A stretch of 63,140 bases of DNA, filler included, from Octopus bimaculoides (Eukaryota): assembly GCF_001194135.2 (NCBI RefSeq). It is 6 parts of 5 records of this genome, joined end to end, with 100 filler letters (N's around TTAATTAATTAA, not from the genome) between each part and the next. Parts side by side here need not be neighbours in the genome. Positions count along the whole stretch, not along the records: positions 16,295 to 43,724 come from NC_068983.1; positions 43,825 to 56,650 come from NC_068989.1; 4 more parts are not named here. One strand, given 5' to 3'. A program made the position numbers and the translations under genes. The number at the start of each line of letters is the position of its first letter. The first letter of the stretch is position 1. Shown piece after piece: positions 38,955 to 50,602 of the stretch. The notes under the pieces were generated by a model. The model saw nothing but the letters and a program-made list of their open reading frames with translations. It did no database searches and was not told the origin of the DNA.

Positions 38955-39556
38955 TTATCTGATTTAGAAATAATACATTTCTAAATCTCTCAGTGAGATT
39001 TATGCTGTAGTGATACGATTAAGTAGTTGTATGCTGTCAACTTAAGGTGACAGTCCCCTGAAGGGAATAATACTACTGTTGCTTAGACCTAGGAAGCTGC
39101 ACCGCTTCCTGTCGGCCTTGACACTTTTCCTGTGTCCTTATGTTTACAAGGGGGAGACAAGCACCTCCACCCAGCTAAGCCTGCATCCAGAGACATGTTT
39201 CTGAGTCTTTGCTCGTCATCAGTCTGGAGTAGCAATGGCCTGCTATTTGGAAGATGCCTGTCAAGCGCTCGTAAACATATAATAATTCTTGTGAAATACA
39301 TTCACTGGTTTCAAATTTAGAAACAATACATTTCTAAATCTCTGAGAGAGATTTATGCAGTAGTGATACGATGAAGTAGTTGTTTGCTGTCAACTTGATA
39401 TGACAGTCCTCTGAAGGGAAACATAAGGACACAGGAAATGTGTCAAGGCCGACAGGAAGCGATGCAGCTTTCTAGGTCTAACCAACAGTAGTAGTATTCC
39501 CTTCAAGGGACTGTCACATTAAGTTGACTGTATACAACTACTTCTTTTATCTGATT
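38955..39556 (-). mobile_element. Small non-coding HHR-bearing retroelement (retrozyme-like or miniature Penelope-like) with 10-bp TSD
   Basis: Direct repeats at 38962-39067 and 39315-39420 (period 353 nt). 39421-39543 is an inverted copy of 39021-39143. HHR at 39186-39228. TTATCTGATT occurs at both 38955-38964 and 39547-39556. Confidence 0.7.
39186..39228 (-). ncRNA. Type I hammerhead ribozyme (minimal)
   Basis: Minus strand: TCCAGA-CTGATGA-CGAG(CAAAGA)CTCA-GAAAC-AT-GTC-TCTGGA. It has a perfect 6-bp stem I, canonical core, palindromic stem III ACATGT and a GUC triplet. The stem II closing pair is C-A, consistent with a CpG-to-CpA decay of C-G. Confidence 0.8.
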
Positions 39557-40171
39557 GTTCAATTTAAGGCAATTTTGACAAGGCTATTGAAAGGTAATAA
39601 AGTATTCTGCACATACAAGTCATCCTGAAAGTAATTCGTGTGACTATATCTCAATTAAATACAGGATTCAAATTCATTTTTAGGTCCTCCACTGGGAAAT
39701 GTGAACCAGGTACAGAGAAACATGCGCTATACATGGAATGCTGGAGATTCGTTGACGACATGATACTTTATCTTAAATAGGCAAAGAACTTCAAAAACCT
39801 TAGGGAACTTTACGCCATATTGTTTAATATGTTGTGAACTGTCTAATAACTTGGAGTTTGTCTTACGTATCGTAATGATTTTGTCGCAGATTTCAAGAGT
39901 CAAGCTCAACAGATCTACCCTGCTAGGGATACAGGGTATACAGATGCAATCTATGACTTGAAACTTAACGAAAATTTCATGAATGTAAATGGCCAGGAAA
40001 AATACCTACTTCCTGAACCTAATCGCACATAATTTAGCTACAAAAAATATTTAAAGATACTTCATTAAAGCATATGTTATTAATTAACCGAAAATTATAA
40101 TTGTGTATTCCTTTGTCATCTTATCTTTTTATTACCACCCACCCTGTGTTCTTCGTTCTAAAGCATATATA

Positions 40172-40206
<35 letters not shown>

Positions 40207-41992
40207 TGAGTTCTACATTAGGCTATTAGTTTCGCGAATCCTAAGCGAAATGTGTGTGTTTGTGTGTGTTCTATTTGTGAAGATGTTTCTCATCTATATC
40301 GTAAATTCAAGGTTTTTTCCAATAATTTTAAACTTCAATTTACTCTTAGAAATGAACTCATACAAAGTATCTCGTGTTGTAACTTAAACTACACTAAACT
40401 TGCAAGTCCGTGTGTTTTTTTTTTGTTACCTTGAATGCTCTTAACTACTCTCACACAAAAAAAAAACCCAACTTAACTTACCTTAACTTACTATCTACCA
40501 TCTACTCATCTATTCACTAAAACACCAAATTTCACATATCCTCATTTTAATACTGCCCACGCACACATATAAATGTATCAACGTGTTTTATAGGTTAGGT
40601 CTCTATAAGTATGTGTGTGTCTATATATAAGCCCATGTTTGTATTTGTGTATACAGATAGGTTAGTGTACGTATTTATATATGAGTGTGTATACACATAT
40701 ATGTTGCGTGCACGCATATACATACACGTTTATCAGTGATATATGTGCGACTATGTACATGTATCTATATATAAACACATGCACCAGAACACACGCACAA
40801 TTATACATAAATATAAACACGCACAAATGCATAGATATGTACGTGCTATATGCATACGTGTATTTTGGTTGTTGCTTTTATTGTTTTGATATATGTATAA
40901 AAGTATATACATACATGTATAAACATATAATACGTGTGTCTAATAATTATATCCCTTTTTGTTATTATTTATCCTTTACTCTTCGTTTTTACATTCCCCA
41001 GTTTATTTAGCCTTTTACTTATGTACTTTTACATATATAACTAAAAGTTCTTCGCAGCATAGATTACACATGCTATTCATCCATGCAGAACCTCTTTGAT
41101 GTCATTGCTTTAAATACTTGCTTACAACAATGTTTATATATTCACCTACCGTTAATATTTTTTCCTATTAATTCGTTTTATTCCCTTTCACTCTACCAAA
41201 AACTTCCACAGCACCAGTTCTCCCTCCTTTATGATTTATATTGACTTTTCGTATCACGATACACCCCAATAACATATTTTAATAGTATGAGCATATTTAT
41301 AAATTGATAACACATGAGCATACCAACTTATTTGAACTTTTACCTACACTACTCTTTAAAAATAGTCTCCAATTTCTTTTCCCATGCTCACGCAATTGAG
41401 TCTGGTAATCCTAGTTTTCATTACGTTCTTTACAAAATTAATTAATACGAATTAGCTGCAAATTTCATTGGCCAATAATAATTCGTCCATTTAATACTTA
41501 ATCACAATCACTGGTACTCATTTCATGTCATTACAGCCGAATATCCTCATAGTTCCTTAACGTTACTCACACTTACACGTACACACATGCAAACATAGAA
41601 CAGACATACAAAGGGCTCTTTAGCACTTATTTCTAGCAATGTAGGTGTTCTAACACCTTAGTCATATTTAGTGACAATTATAGTTTCCTTCTTCGGTACC
41701 ACATTGCACACAGCTGTGTATATACATACGTACATACATACATACATACATACAAGATNNNNNNNNNNNNNNNNNNNNNNNNNNNNNNNNNNNNNNNNNN
41801 NNNNNNNNNNNNNNNNNNNNNNNNNNNNNNNNNNNNNNNNNNNNNNNNNNNNNNNNNNNNNNNNNNNNNNNNNNNNNNNNNNNNNNNNNNNNNNNNNNNN
41901 NNNNNNNNNNNNNNNNNNNNNNNNNNNNNNNNNNNNNNNNNNNNNNNNNNNNNNNNNNNNNNNNNNNNNNNNNNNNNNNNNNNNNNNNNNNN

Positions 41993-42100
41993 GTGTCTTC
42001 TACTATAGTCTCGGGCCGACCAAAGCCTTGTGAGTGGATTTGGTAGACGGAAACTGAAGGCAGCCCGTCGTATATATGTGTATAAATATATATATATGTA

Positions 42101-42131
<31 letters not shown>

Positions 42132-42326
42132 GTGTGTGTGTGTGTCTATGTGGCTGTGTTTGTCCCCCTACTATCGCTTGACAACCGATGTTGTTGTGTT
42201 TACGTCCGCGTAACTTAGTGGTTCGGCAAAAGAGAGCGATAGAATAAGTACTAGGCTTACAAAGAATAAGTACTGGTGTCCATTTGCTCTATTAAAGGCG
42301 GTGCTCCAGCATGACCACAGTTAAAT
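41993..42326 (+). mobile_element. SINE family B body and tail
   Basis: gtgtcttctactatagtctcgggccgaccaaagccttgtgagtggatttggtagacggaaactg…(TA)(TG)…cgcttgacaaccgatg…gttcggcaaaagagagcgatagaataagtactaggc…aaaggcggtgctccagcatgaccacagttaaatg. Confidence 0.85.
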
Positions 42327-43361
42327 GTGTGTGTGTGTGCGCACACACGCAAAATACGCACACGCACTCACACGCGCACACATGTATATGACTTAATTTA
42401 ATTTTAATTTGAGTCTGTTAAAAGCACACAGATAACAAAATCTATAAACATACGTAATGATATATGCTAAACTCAGTCATTATATTGATTCAAAAGCGTC
42501 GTTCTTTGCCTTTTGTAATTATTTAGTCTGCACGTTATCCTTACATTTACATCTATAAATATTTCCTCAAATCAATACCCAAATTATCTTAAGATAGTAT
42601 TAAGACTTTTCTTTTTTTTTCAAATTCATAATTATCGAGCAGAAATTCTATAAATTACTATAAGTATTTGGATTACGCACACACAAACATGCATACAGAC
42701 ATACACGCACAGACACACACACATACGTGTTTTCATATGTATGCCATTTATACATAAATATATATATACATATACACACACACACATCCATCTATATATG
42801 CATATTCCTCTAAATCACATTGTTCAATAAAAGTGCAAGCTGAAATATTTTCTTTTACAAACGCATTGAAATACAAAAATTAGTTTCAGTCTTCCTTCAA
42901 GCCTATGTTTCTTTCCCATTCTATAGTTACTGTGATTAGAATATTCTGTGATTAGAAGAATGTATCCCTTACTTCATGCTTCCTTCAATATTTCAGCGAA
43001 TTATAAATTTCGATTATCATCCGTTCATCTATAATGCAGCGCAAAATCTTTACCATATAATTATTTTTTTACTAACGGCCATCTTTACAAGAAATATTTC
43101 CGTTTTACTTTTCTCCTTTAATATCTCGACGTTTATTTATAACATTGCCCTCTCGTAATCATAATAATATATTTTTATATCTATTTTTCTAAATTATAAC
43201 AAGTATTTCAAGAAGCTCATTAGAGAGATATATTACTTCCTTTGTCAGGAGAATGTAAAATACGAAAAAAATTAAAATATTATGCTCCGCTAATTAGCTG
43301 TGACTCGCAGTTCTTTTCTACCTTATTCTGTTTGTTTTTGTTTCACAGAACACATTCTGTT

Positions 43362-43394
<33 letters not shown>

Positions 43395-43684
43395 CATACA
43401 TACATATATATATATGTGTGTGTATGTATGTGAGGGTGTATGCATGCATGATTGTGTATATCTGTGTGTGTGTTTACATATCCATGTCTATCTGTTTCTC
43501 TTACTGTCTATCTACCTAAAATACGTGTGTGTGTGCTCACATATGTATACACATCACACACAAACACACAGAAACATACTTCGGTTTACACATATATATT
43601 TACTTACGTATGTATGAATATATCTACGCATCTTTCTTTCTACTTATCTAGATTTTCTCTGTGTATGTATATACATACATATAC

Positions 43685-43724
<40 letters not shown>

Positions 43725-43921
43725 NNNNNNNNNNNNNNNNNNNNNNNNNNNNNNNNNNNNNNNNNNNNTTAATTAATTAANNNNNNNNNNNNNNNNNNNN
43801 NNNNNNNNNNNNNNNNNNNNNNNNATATACATACATATACACATACGTACATACATACATACATACATACATACATACATACATACATACATACATACAT
43901 GCATACATATACATATATATA

Positions 43922-44535
43922 CGAGGGAGAGTCAAAAATTATATGCACTCTTGTTTTTTCAAAATATTTACTCAAAAACAGAGGATTAAAAAGTACATCA
44001 TTTTTCTATATCATCCCGTTCCTTTTCCATACACCTGTTCCAGCGTCCACAAGCTTGCGCATTTCCTCGTTTGGATGAATAGTCATTTATACTCCGTTTT
44101 CTTCTCATCTTCATCTGTAGGAAATCGACGACCTTGTAAACCATCTTTGAGCAGTCCAAAGATATTATAGTCGGAAGGGGTGAAATGTGAGCTGTAAGCA
44201 TGTTGTTCTAGCACCTCAAAACCTAAATGGTTAATAGTTTCAACGGTCTGGGCGGCCATGTCTGACGTGCATTGTTATGGAACATCAAAACTTTCTTCGA
44301 AAATGGGCTTCGGCATTTGGTGCGAATTGCTAGCTTCACGTTGGCCAGCAAAGACTGTATCTTGCGCTGTTGATCGTACACAACTTTCCCAGGGAAATCG
44401 AATCACTGCTCTTTTTTCTTCTTTGGTGCACATTGCTAGTGGAGCGACTATACTTACACTGCAATGCCAGAAAGAAAAATGGCACAATCAGGCTCAACCT
44501 TCGATCAGGTGACCACAATAGTAACACGGATAAAC
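43922..44535 (-). mobile_element. Internally deleted mariner (Mos1/DD34D-type) element
   Basis: TA-CGAGGGAGAGTCAAAAATTAT terminus. Minus-strand N-terminus IVAPLAMCTKEEKRAVIRFPWE. C-terminus DNAR..AAQTVETINHLGFEVLEQHAYSSHFTPSDYNIFGLLKDGLQGRRFPTDE…GRWNRCMEKERDDIEK* (cf. HPPYSPDLAPSDY). The central part of the transposase is missing. Confidence 0.85.
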
Positions 44536-44624
44536 ACGTATGTGCAGAATGTGTGTGTGACCATAATAACACTTTCTTATGGCAAAATGGTGGATAATTC
44601 TTAACTTCTTGTATTTTTATGACG

Positions 44625-44768
44625 GGTTTCCTTCTACCAAATGTACTCACAAAGCTTTGGTCAACCCGAGGCTATAATAGAAGAAGACACTTGCCCAAAG
44701 TGCAACGCAGTGGACTGAACCCGGAACCCTATGCTTGGGAAATAAGATTCCTACCACACAACCACACC
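44625..44768 (-). mobile_element. SINE family B head
   Basis: Reverse complement: gtggttgtgtggtaggaatcttatttcccaagcatagggttccgggttcagtccactgcgttgcactttgggcaagtgtcttc…agcctcgggttgaccaaagctttgtgag. Confidence 0.8.
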
Positions 44769-45428
44769 TAAACATACATCGGAACTCTCAAGAAACCAAA
44801 GAACCCAATCTGGAATTTCCGTAGAGACATTGAAATAAAAGCAAAATATTTATAGATTGTGTGTCGGTTTGTGTGTGTATGTATGTGTGTGTGTATGCGT
44901 GTGCGCGCGTGTGTGTGCATGTGTAAGTGTTCCATGAGAAAGGACACATAAGAAACTGTGGAAAAGTGCTGTAGCGGGAAGCGATGATAAATATATTACA
45001 GATTCAGTGTAACATAATTATGTGCAGAAAGTATTTGATTCTATAAAGACTTTGCTTCCATACTGGAAACTTTAAAAATTATTGTGCGAACGAAATTGAC
45101 TCTGTATATGAACATATTTTTAATTTACTGGAAAGACTTTGGGTACCTGAAACAAAAAAAAAATTACGAAGTACAGAGAAACGATTGTAATTCTCTCCCG
45201 CACATGAATTTGCACTTATTTTCTGTACTTCTACGAATATTTCTGCACAGATTATAAAAGATATATTTAACCTTGTGTAATTTCGTAATACCAATCATTA
45301 GATATGAAAGCCAGAATGGATGTCTTTCGTACGTAATTTGGCCTCATAGTTATAGAGACCCAAAATATTACAGATTCTTTGTTGAATGTGTGATATCTTC
45401 TTTTTTCACACGATCCATTGATCCACTG

Positions 45429-45459
<31 letters not shown>

Positions 45460-45462
<3 letters not shown>

Positions 45463-46162
45463 CATTTAAAATACAGAGATGCCTATAATAGGACATCTAA
45501 CCCGCTAGAAAGAGCAGCAAAAAACTCTATACCACAAAAATAGGGATATTTTTTTTTACTGCTCTTTCTAGCGGGTTAGATGTCCTATTATAGGCATCTC
45601 TTTATTTTAAATGAATAATTCATAGTCTATTGACTAATTTTTATTCTCGCTGGATCACTGGTGGTAAATTAAATTTCTAAATTTTTTTTGCTGCCCTATG
45701 ATTTATTAATAATGATAATATATTTTTTGGCTAATTTCTGAAGGAAAATCAGCATTTGTTTTATATTTACTGCCGATAAGTTAAACCGCACATGCGCGGT
45801 AAATTTTGAAAAATTAAGCATATAAGCACAAGTCGTGTTTCCTATGACTCGTGTTTACACGCTGTCCCGGTACTCTGTTGAAGATAGGCCCGAGCAAGAT
45901 GTATTTTTATCTTGCTAAATAACTTGAAACCATGGTACAGAGTATAGACTGGTAAAAGTTTTTATTTTTCATTCTCTTTCGAAACTATGCCTATTTTTGT
46001 GGTATAGAGTTTTTTGCTGCTCTTTCTAGCGGGTTAGATGTCCTATTATAGGCATCTCTGTATTTTAAATGAATAATTCATAGTTTATTGACTAATTTTT
46101 ATTCTCGCTGAACCACTGGTGGTAAATTAAATTTCTTAATTTTTTTTTGCTGCCCTATGATT

Positions 46163-46167
<5 letters not shown>
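45460..46167 (+). mobile_element. Small non-coding HHR-bearing retroelement inserted in (TA)n
   Basis: Direct repeats at about 45553-45708 and 46012-46167 (period about 458 nt). 45460-45544 is the reverse complement of 45990-46074. HHR at 45871-45944. (TA)n runs flank both ends. Confidence 0.7.
45871..45944 (+). ncRNA. Type I hammerhead ribozyme (U3 variant)
   Basis: TACTCTG-TTGAAGA-T-AGG..[AGCAAGAT/GTATTTTT/ATCTTGCT]..CTT-GAAAC-CATG-GTA-CAGAGTA. It has a perfect 7-bp stem I, palindromic stem III ACCATGGT and a GUA triplet. C3 is U and stem II is extended with an internal loop. Confidence 0.7.
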
Positions 46168-46219
<52 letters not shown>

Positions 46220-46932
46220 CGTGCGTGTGTGTATGTATACGTATATGCGTGCGTGTGTGTGTACGTACGTATGTATGTATGTATGTATGTATGTATGTAT
46301 GTATGCATGTATGTATGTACGTATATATGTATGGCTTTTGTTTGAGGTTGCTAGTAACACAATATTCGGGCAATTAGGTTTAACCGAGTGAACGATGAAC
46401 TGTTTTGCGTACCGACGGTAGAGGACTAGTGTTTCTTCTGAAATGCTTATTTACTTTTAATCATGAAAAATATACCTTACCCGCTTTCTCACTACTAATT
46501 GACGGCAAATTACTGAAGAATAAAATTTTCTGGAATTCTCACTTATTCAGTTTATTACAAGTCCCGCCCAACACTGCTTTTCATTTTATGTTGTATGATC
46601 GGAGAGTCAAAATGCACAGCATTCCTTTATCATACACCTGTTTGATCAGGCATAGAAAAAGATAACTACGAACGCCACCACCACACTAAATGAACAACAA
46701 CAAAATCAACAACGTGAAAAGAAAAACCTCCCACACCAAAAATAATAAAAAAGGAGATCAGTATATAATTTTGAAGTACTGTCAGTATTTTTTGGCCAGT
46801 AGACAAGAGAGAATAATTTCAATTTAGCACAGAGAGGGTAGACATTTAACTGTAGAAAACTCATATCCTTTTATTGGATATCTATGTGTGTCTGCGTGTG
46901 TTAGTATACGTGTACATATCTGTGTATGTGTG

Positions 46933-46981
<49 letters not shown>

Positions 46982-47022
46982 ATACATATATACACACACA
47001 NNNNNNNNNNACACACACACAC

Positions 47023-47069
<47 letters not shown>

Positions 47070-47761
47070 TATGTGTGTATGTGTGTATATATGTATGTAT
47101 ATATACACATGTATATATAAGTAGGAAGGGAAAAGGAAAGAGAAAGAGAAAGAGAGTACGAGAGATAGGTGGCCACATATATATGTGTTTGCGTGTTTGG
47201 TACAGTATGAGTTTGGTTATTCACTGTACAAGAAGACAAGAGATCCATCTGAAATATTACGCTTCTTACATTATTCAATGATTGCAAAATATTATCTACT
47301 TCATCATATTGGAGCTAGGGTTTCCAAAATAAATACGTGAAGCCAGATATATAAAAGCTTTTGTTCCATATTTCAAGAGCTACTTGAATTATCATTATCA
47401 ACCACAAAAAGATATCATCAATCATGATGTCTATCGAATGGAATTGGACCTTAATAAAGAACCAAACAGTGACCGATCAATCATATTTTTCTTGAACATT
47501 TTTTTTCGCTAAATCATTAGATATAACACTTAATTTCAAGCTGAGATTTCGATGTGCCTTAGCAATTCATATAGGTAAATATAATAGTGTACAGGTTTAT
47601 CTAATACTCACAGACACACATACACGCATACATACATGTATACATACATACACACACATATGTCTTCATTGAAATAATTCTTTTCATATTTGAATCCGTT
47701 TCGAAATATAAGTATGTGCATATGCATATATTTGAGTTCCGTCTGTTCATCTCTGCATATG

Positions 47762-47800
<39 letters not shown>

Positions 47801-48468
47801 NNNNNNNNNNNNNNNNNNNNNNNNNNNNNNNNNNNNNNNNNNNNNNNNNNNNNNNNNNNNNNNNNNNNNNNNNNNNNNNNNNNNNNNNNNNNNNNNNNNN
47901 NNNNNNNNNNNNNNNNNNNNNNNNNNNNNNNNNNNNNNNNNNNNNNNNNNNNNNNNNNNNNNNNNNNNNNNNNNNNNNNNNNNNNNNNNNNNNNNNNNNN
48001 NNNNNNNNNNNNNNNNNNNNNNNNNNNNNNNNNNNNNNNNNNNNNNNNNNNNNNNNNNNNNNNNNNNNNNNNNNNNNNNNNNNNNNNNNNNNNNNNNNNN
48101 NNNNNNNNNNNNNNNNNNNNNNNNNNNNNNNNNNNNNNNNNNNNNNNNNNNNNNNNNNNNNNNNNNNNNNNNNNNNNNNNNNNNNNNNNNNNNNNNNNNN
48201 NNNNNNNNNNNNNNNNNNNNNNTGTGTGTGTGGGTGTGTGTGTATCATAGCTAACCACCTAGACTTTTTTTCTGCAAAATAGGGGTAGTTTGTTCTGTTC
48301 AGGCTATATTATTAGCATTATCCTGCGATTGAGAATTTAAAATCGCCTCTTTAACTTTCTAAGACATCTCAACGCTTCTAAAAGCAAACTTCGTTTATTT
48401 GTTTACGTTTATCGTAATTTGAATGTATACATATATATAAATATATATAAAGCAAATAAAAAATGGAC

Positions 48469-48540
48469 AGGATAATCAATCGACAAACATCACCCTGTTA
48501 GCATTAATTTACAGGCTGATGTTTGTCGAATGATTATCCT
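48469..48540. other. 72-nt hairpin (30-bp stem, 2 mismatches, 12-nt loop)
   Basis: AGGATAATCAATCGACAAACATCACCCTGT - tagcattaattt - ACAGGCTGATGTTTGTCGAATGATTATCCT. Confidence 0.85.
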
Positions 48541-50602
48541 CGCCATGTTCTTATTTGCCTTAAGAATTCTAGGTAAATTTCTACTTTATCCTACTCATAC
48601 CTAGCATTCAATTGCGGTGCTGCCCGGCAATAATGAACATTTGGATATAAATACGTAGGTATACATCCAGTAGTATATTATGTATTTATTATCCCTTAGA
48701 TGGTTGCTTAAACTCTAACTCATACAGATATGTGTGTGCGTGTTTGTGTGTGCGTGTGTGTGATGATGATTATCCGTGCATATGTTTTATGCATTGTATG
48801 CATATAAACTATTTTACTCACATATAACGGAGAATACTACTCTGAATTTTACGTTTTACCGATTCTGAAGTAACAGAAGAAATAGAGGTGTTCCCTGTTA
48901 AGAACAGAGATTATCGAAGTTTGGAAAGGCGTCTCGGTCATTCGATTGGTAGCCATTTTGAAATATGTTTCGAGAAAATCATTGAATGTAAAATGCTCAT
49001 TAATAAAAAGAAAATAAACTTCGTGTTAACTGATTTGGATCAAGAATCCGTTTGATACCTGCATCAGCAATGTTAAATCATCACGCACTTTAAAGTATTT
49101 TTTGAAATATTTTCATTTTAAAGTCAAAATAATCCTCTAGAATTTATATTGAATAATATATGCAGTATTTCTCCGAAATACAAAGCTCACAGCTATCATT
49201 TCACTGATTAAAAGATTTGGCAGTTGTAATTATTATACATATAATTGTATTGTCTCTAATATTGATATTTAGTTAAAACTGCATACCATCATAAGAAAAA
49301 CAAAAAAAAATATGCTGAAAAATATTAACGGTATTTGAATCTATGTCGATCTTGACTGAAGCTGAAATTAGAAATGTTTCCATGGCACTGCAACAGAATC
49401 CATACAAATGGATTCATTAGTATTGATTTCCAAGCAAAATTAAAGGAGTATATAAATTATGGGATAAAGCAATTTACAGAGGGTTAACTGTCGGATGAAG
49501 AATATTTAAATATCGGCAAAAAGTGAAATTATGAGTAATTTTGTGTATTTTCGGCTGGCAAATATAGGTTTTCTACTGAAAATCTTTTAATCAGCGTAGT
49601 AACGTCCCTTCTTATTTTCAGCAGACAAGACCTCTTGACATATAACAAAAAAATTTAGGAAAACCCCAAACACACATGCATGCCTAAGAAATATAGATAT
49701 AGCTTATACTACATTGAACAATCCACAGGCTATACGTTTTAGAATATATAAATCTATTAACCATTATTCATATCGAACTTATATCCTCATTCACGTTACT
49801 GCACACATCCAGTTAAGTCTTCAACAGGTAAGAGAAAAACTTAAAGAAACTTTGTAACTCATATACACATATAGAGACGTGTGTGTGTATGTGTGAGTAT
49901 TTGCATCTGTGCGTGTGTAGAACATACAATTGGAATAAAAGGTGTAACTGCAATGCAATAGTTCATTTCAAACGTCTTTACCTCAATCTAAACTACATTG
50001 GGAAGATTGGAGTAATGAAATAATGGAACAGGAAATATCAGCCTGCGGACAGATTTACTTTTAGTAAACATATATTTCAATTGCTCTAAGCATTATAATA
50101 CTATGCAAAATTTAACGCCGTTAAACTGTGCTAATCATCTACAGAGTATTGCACAAAAAAAAAAGCATTTTATTAAATATTACACAATTACTGTGAATTT
50201 AATAGAAATTAGGTTACATATTACTATATAATAATTTGGTATTATATACACAATCGTTTTGCTATCCTTTTAAGATTTCAAGATTTAATATTCAGGTGAT
50301 AAAATCATAATATATAATGTGTAACTTAAGATGTTCCACATTTAGAATTAATAACACTAGTATGTAGTGTGAATTAGTCAGAAAATTTGAAATCAAAAGA
50401 AACTGGAAATCATGTCTTAAACTCTAAGAGTTTAGTACATAAGAAATATTATTAGAATATAAGTTATTAAAATATATATATATATATATTCATATTTGAG
50501 AGTGTGTGTACACACACGCACACACGCACACACACACAACGACAGACGTACACATACAGATAGACACACGCAAAAACATACACGCTCACATGCACAAACA
50601 TA

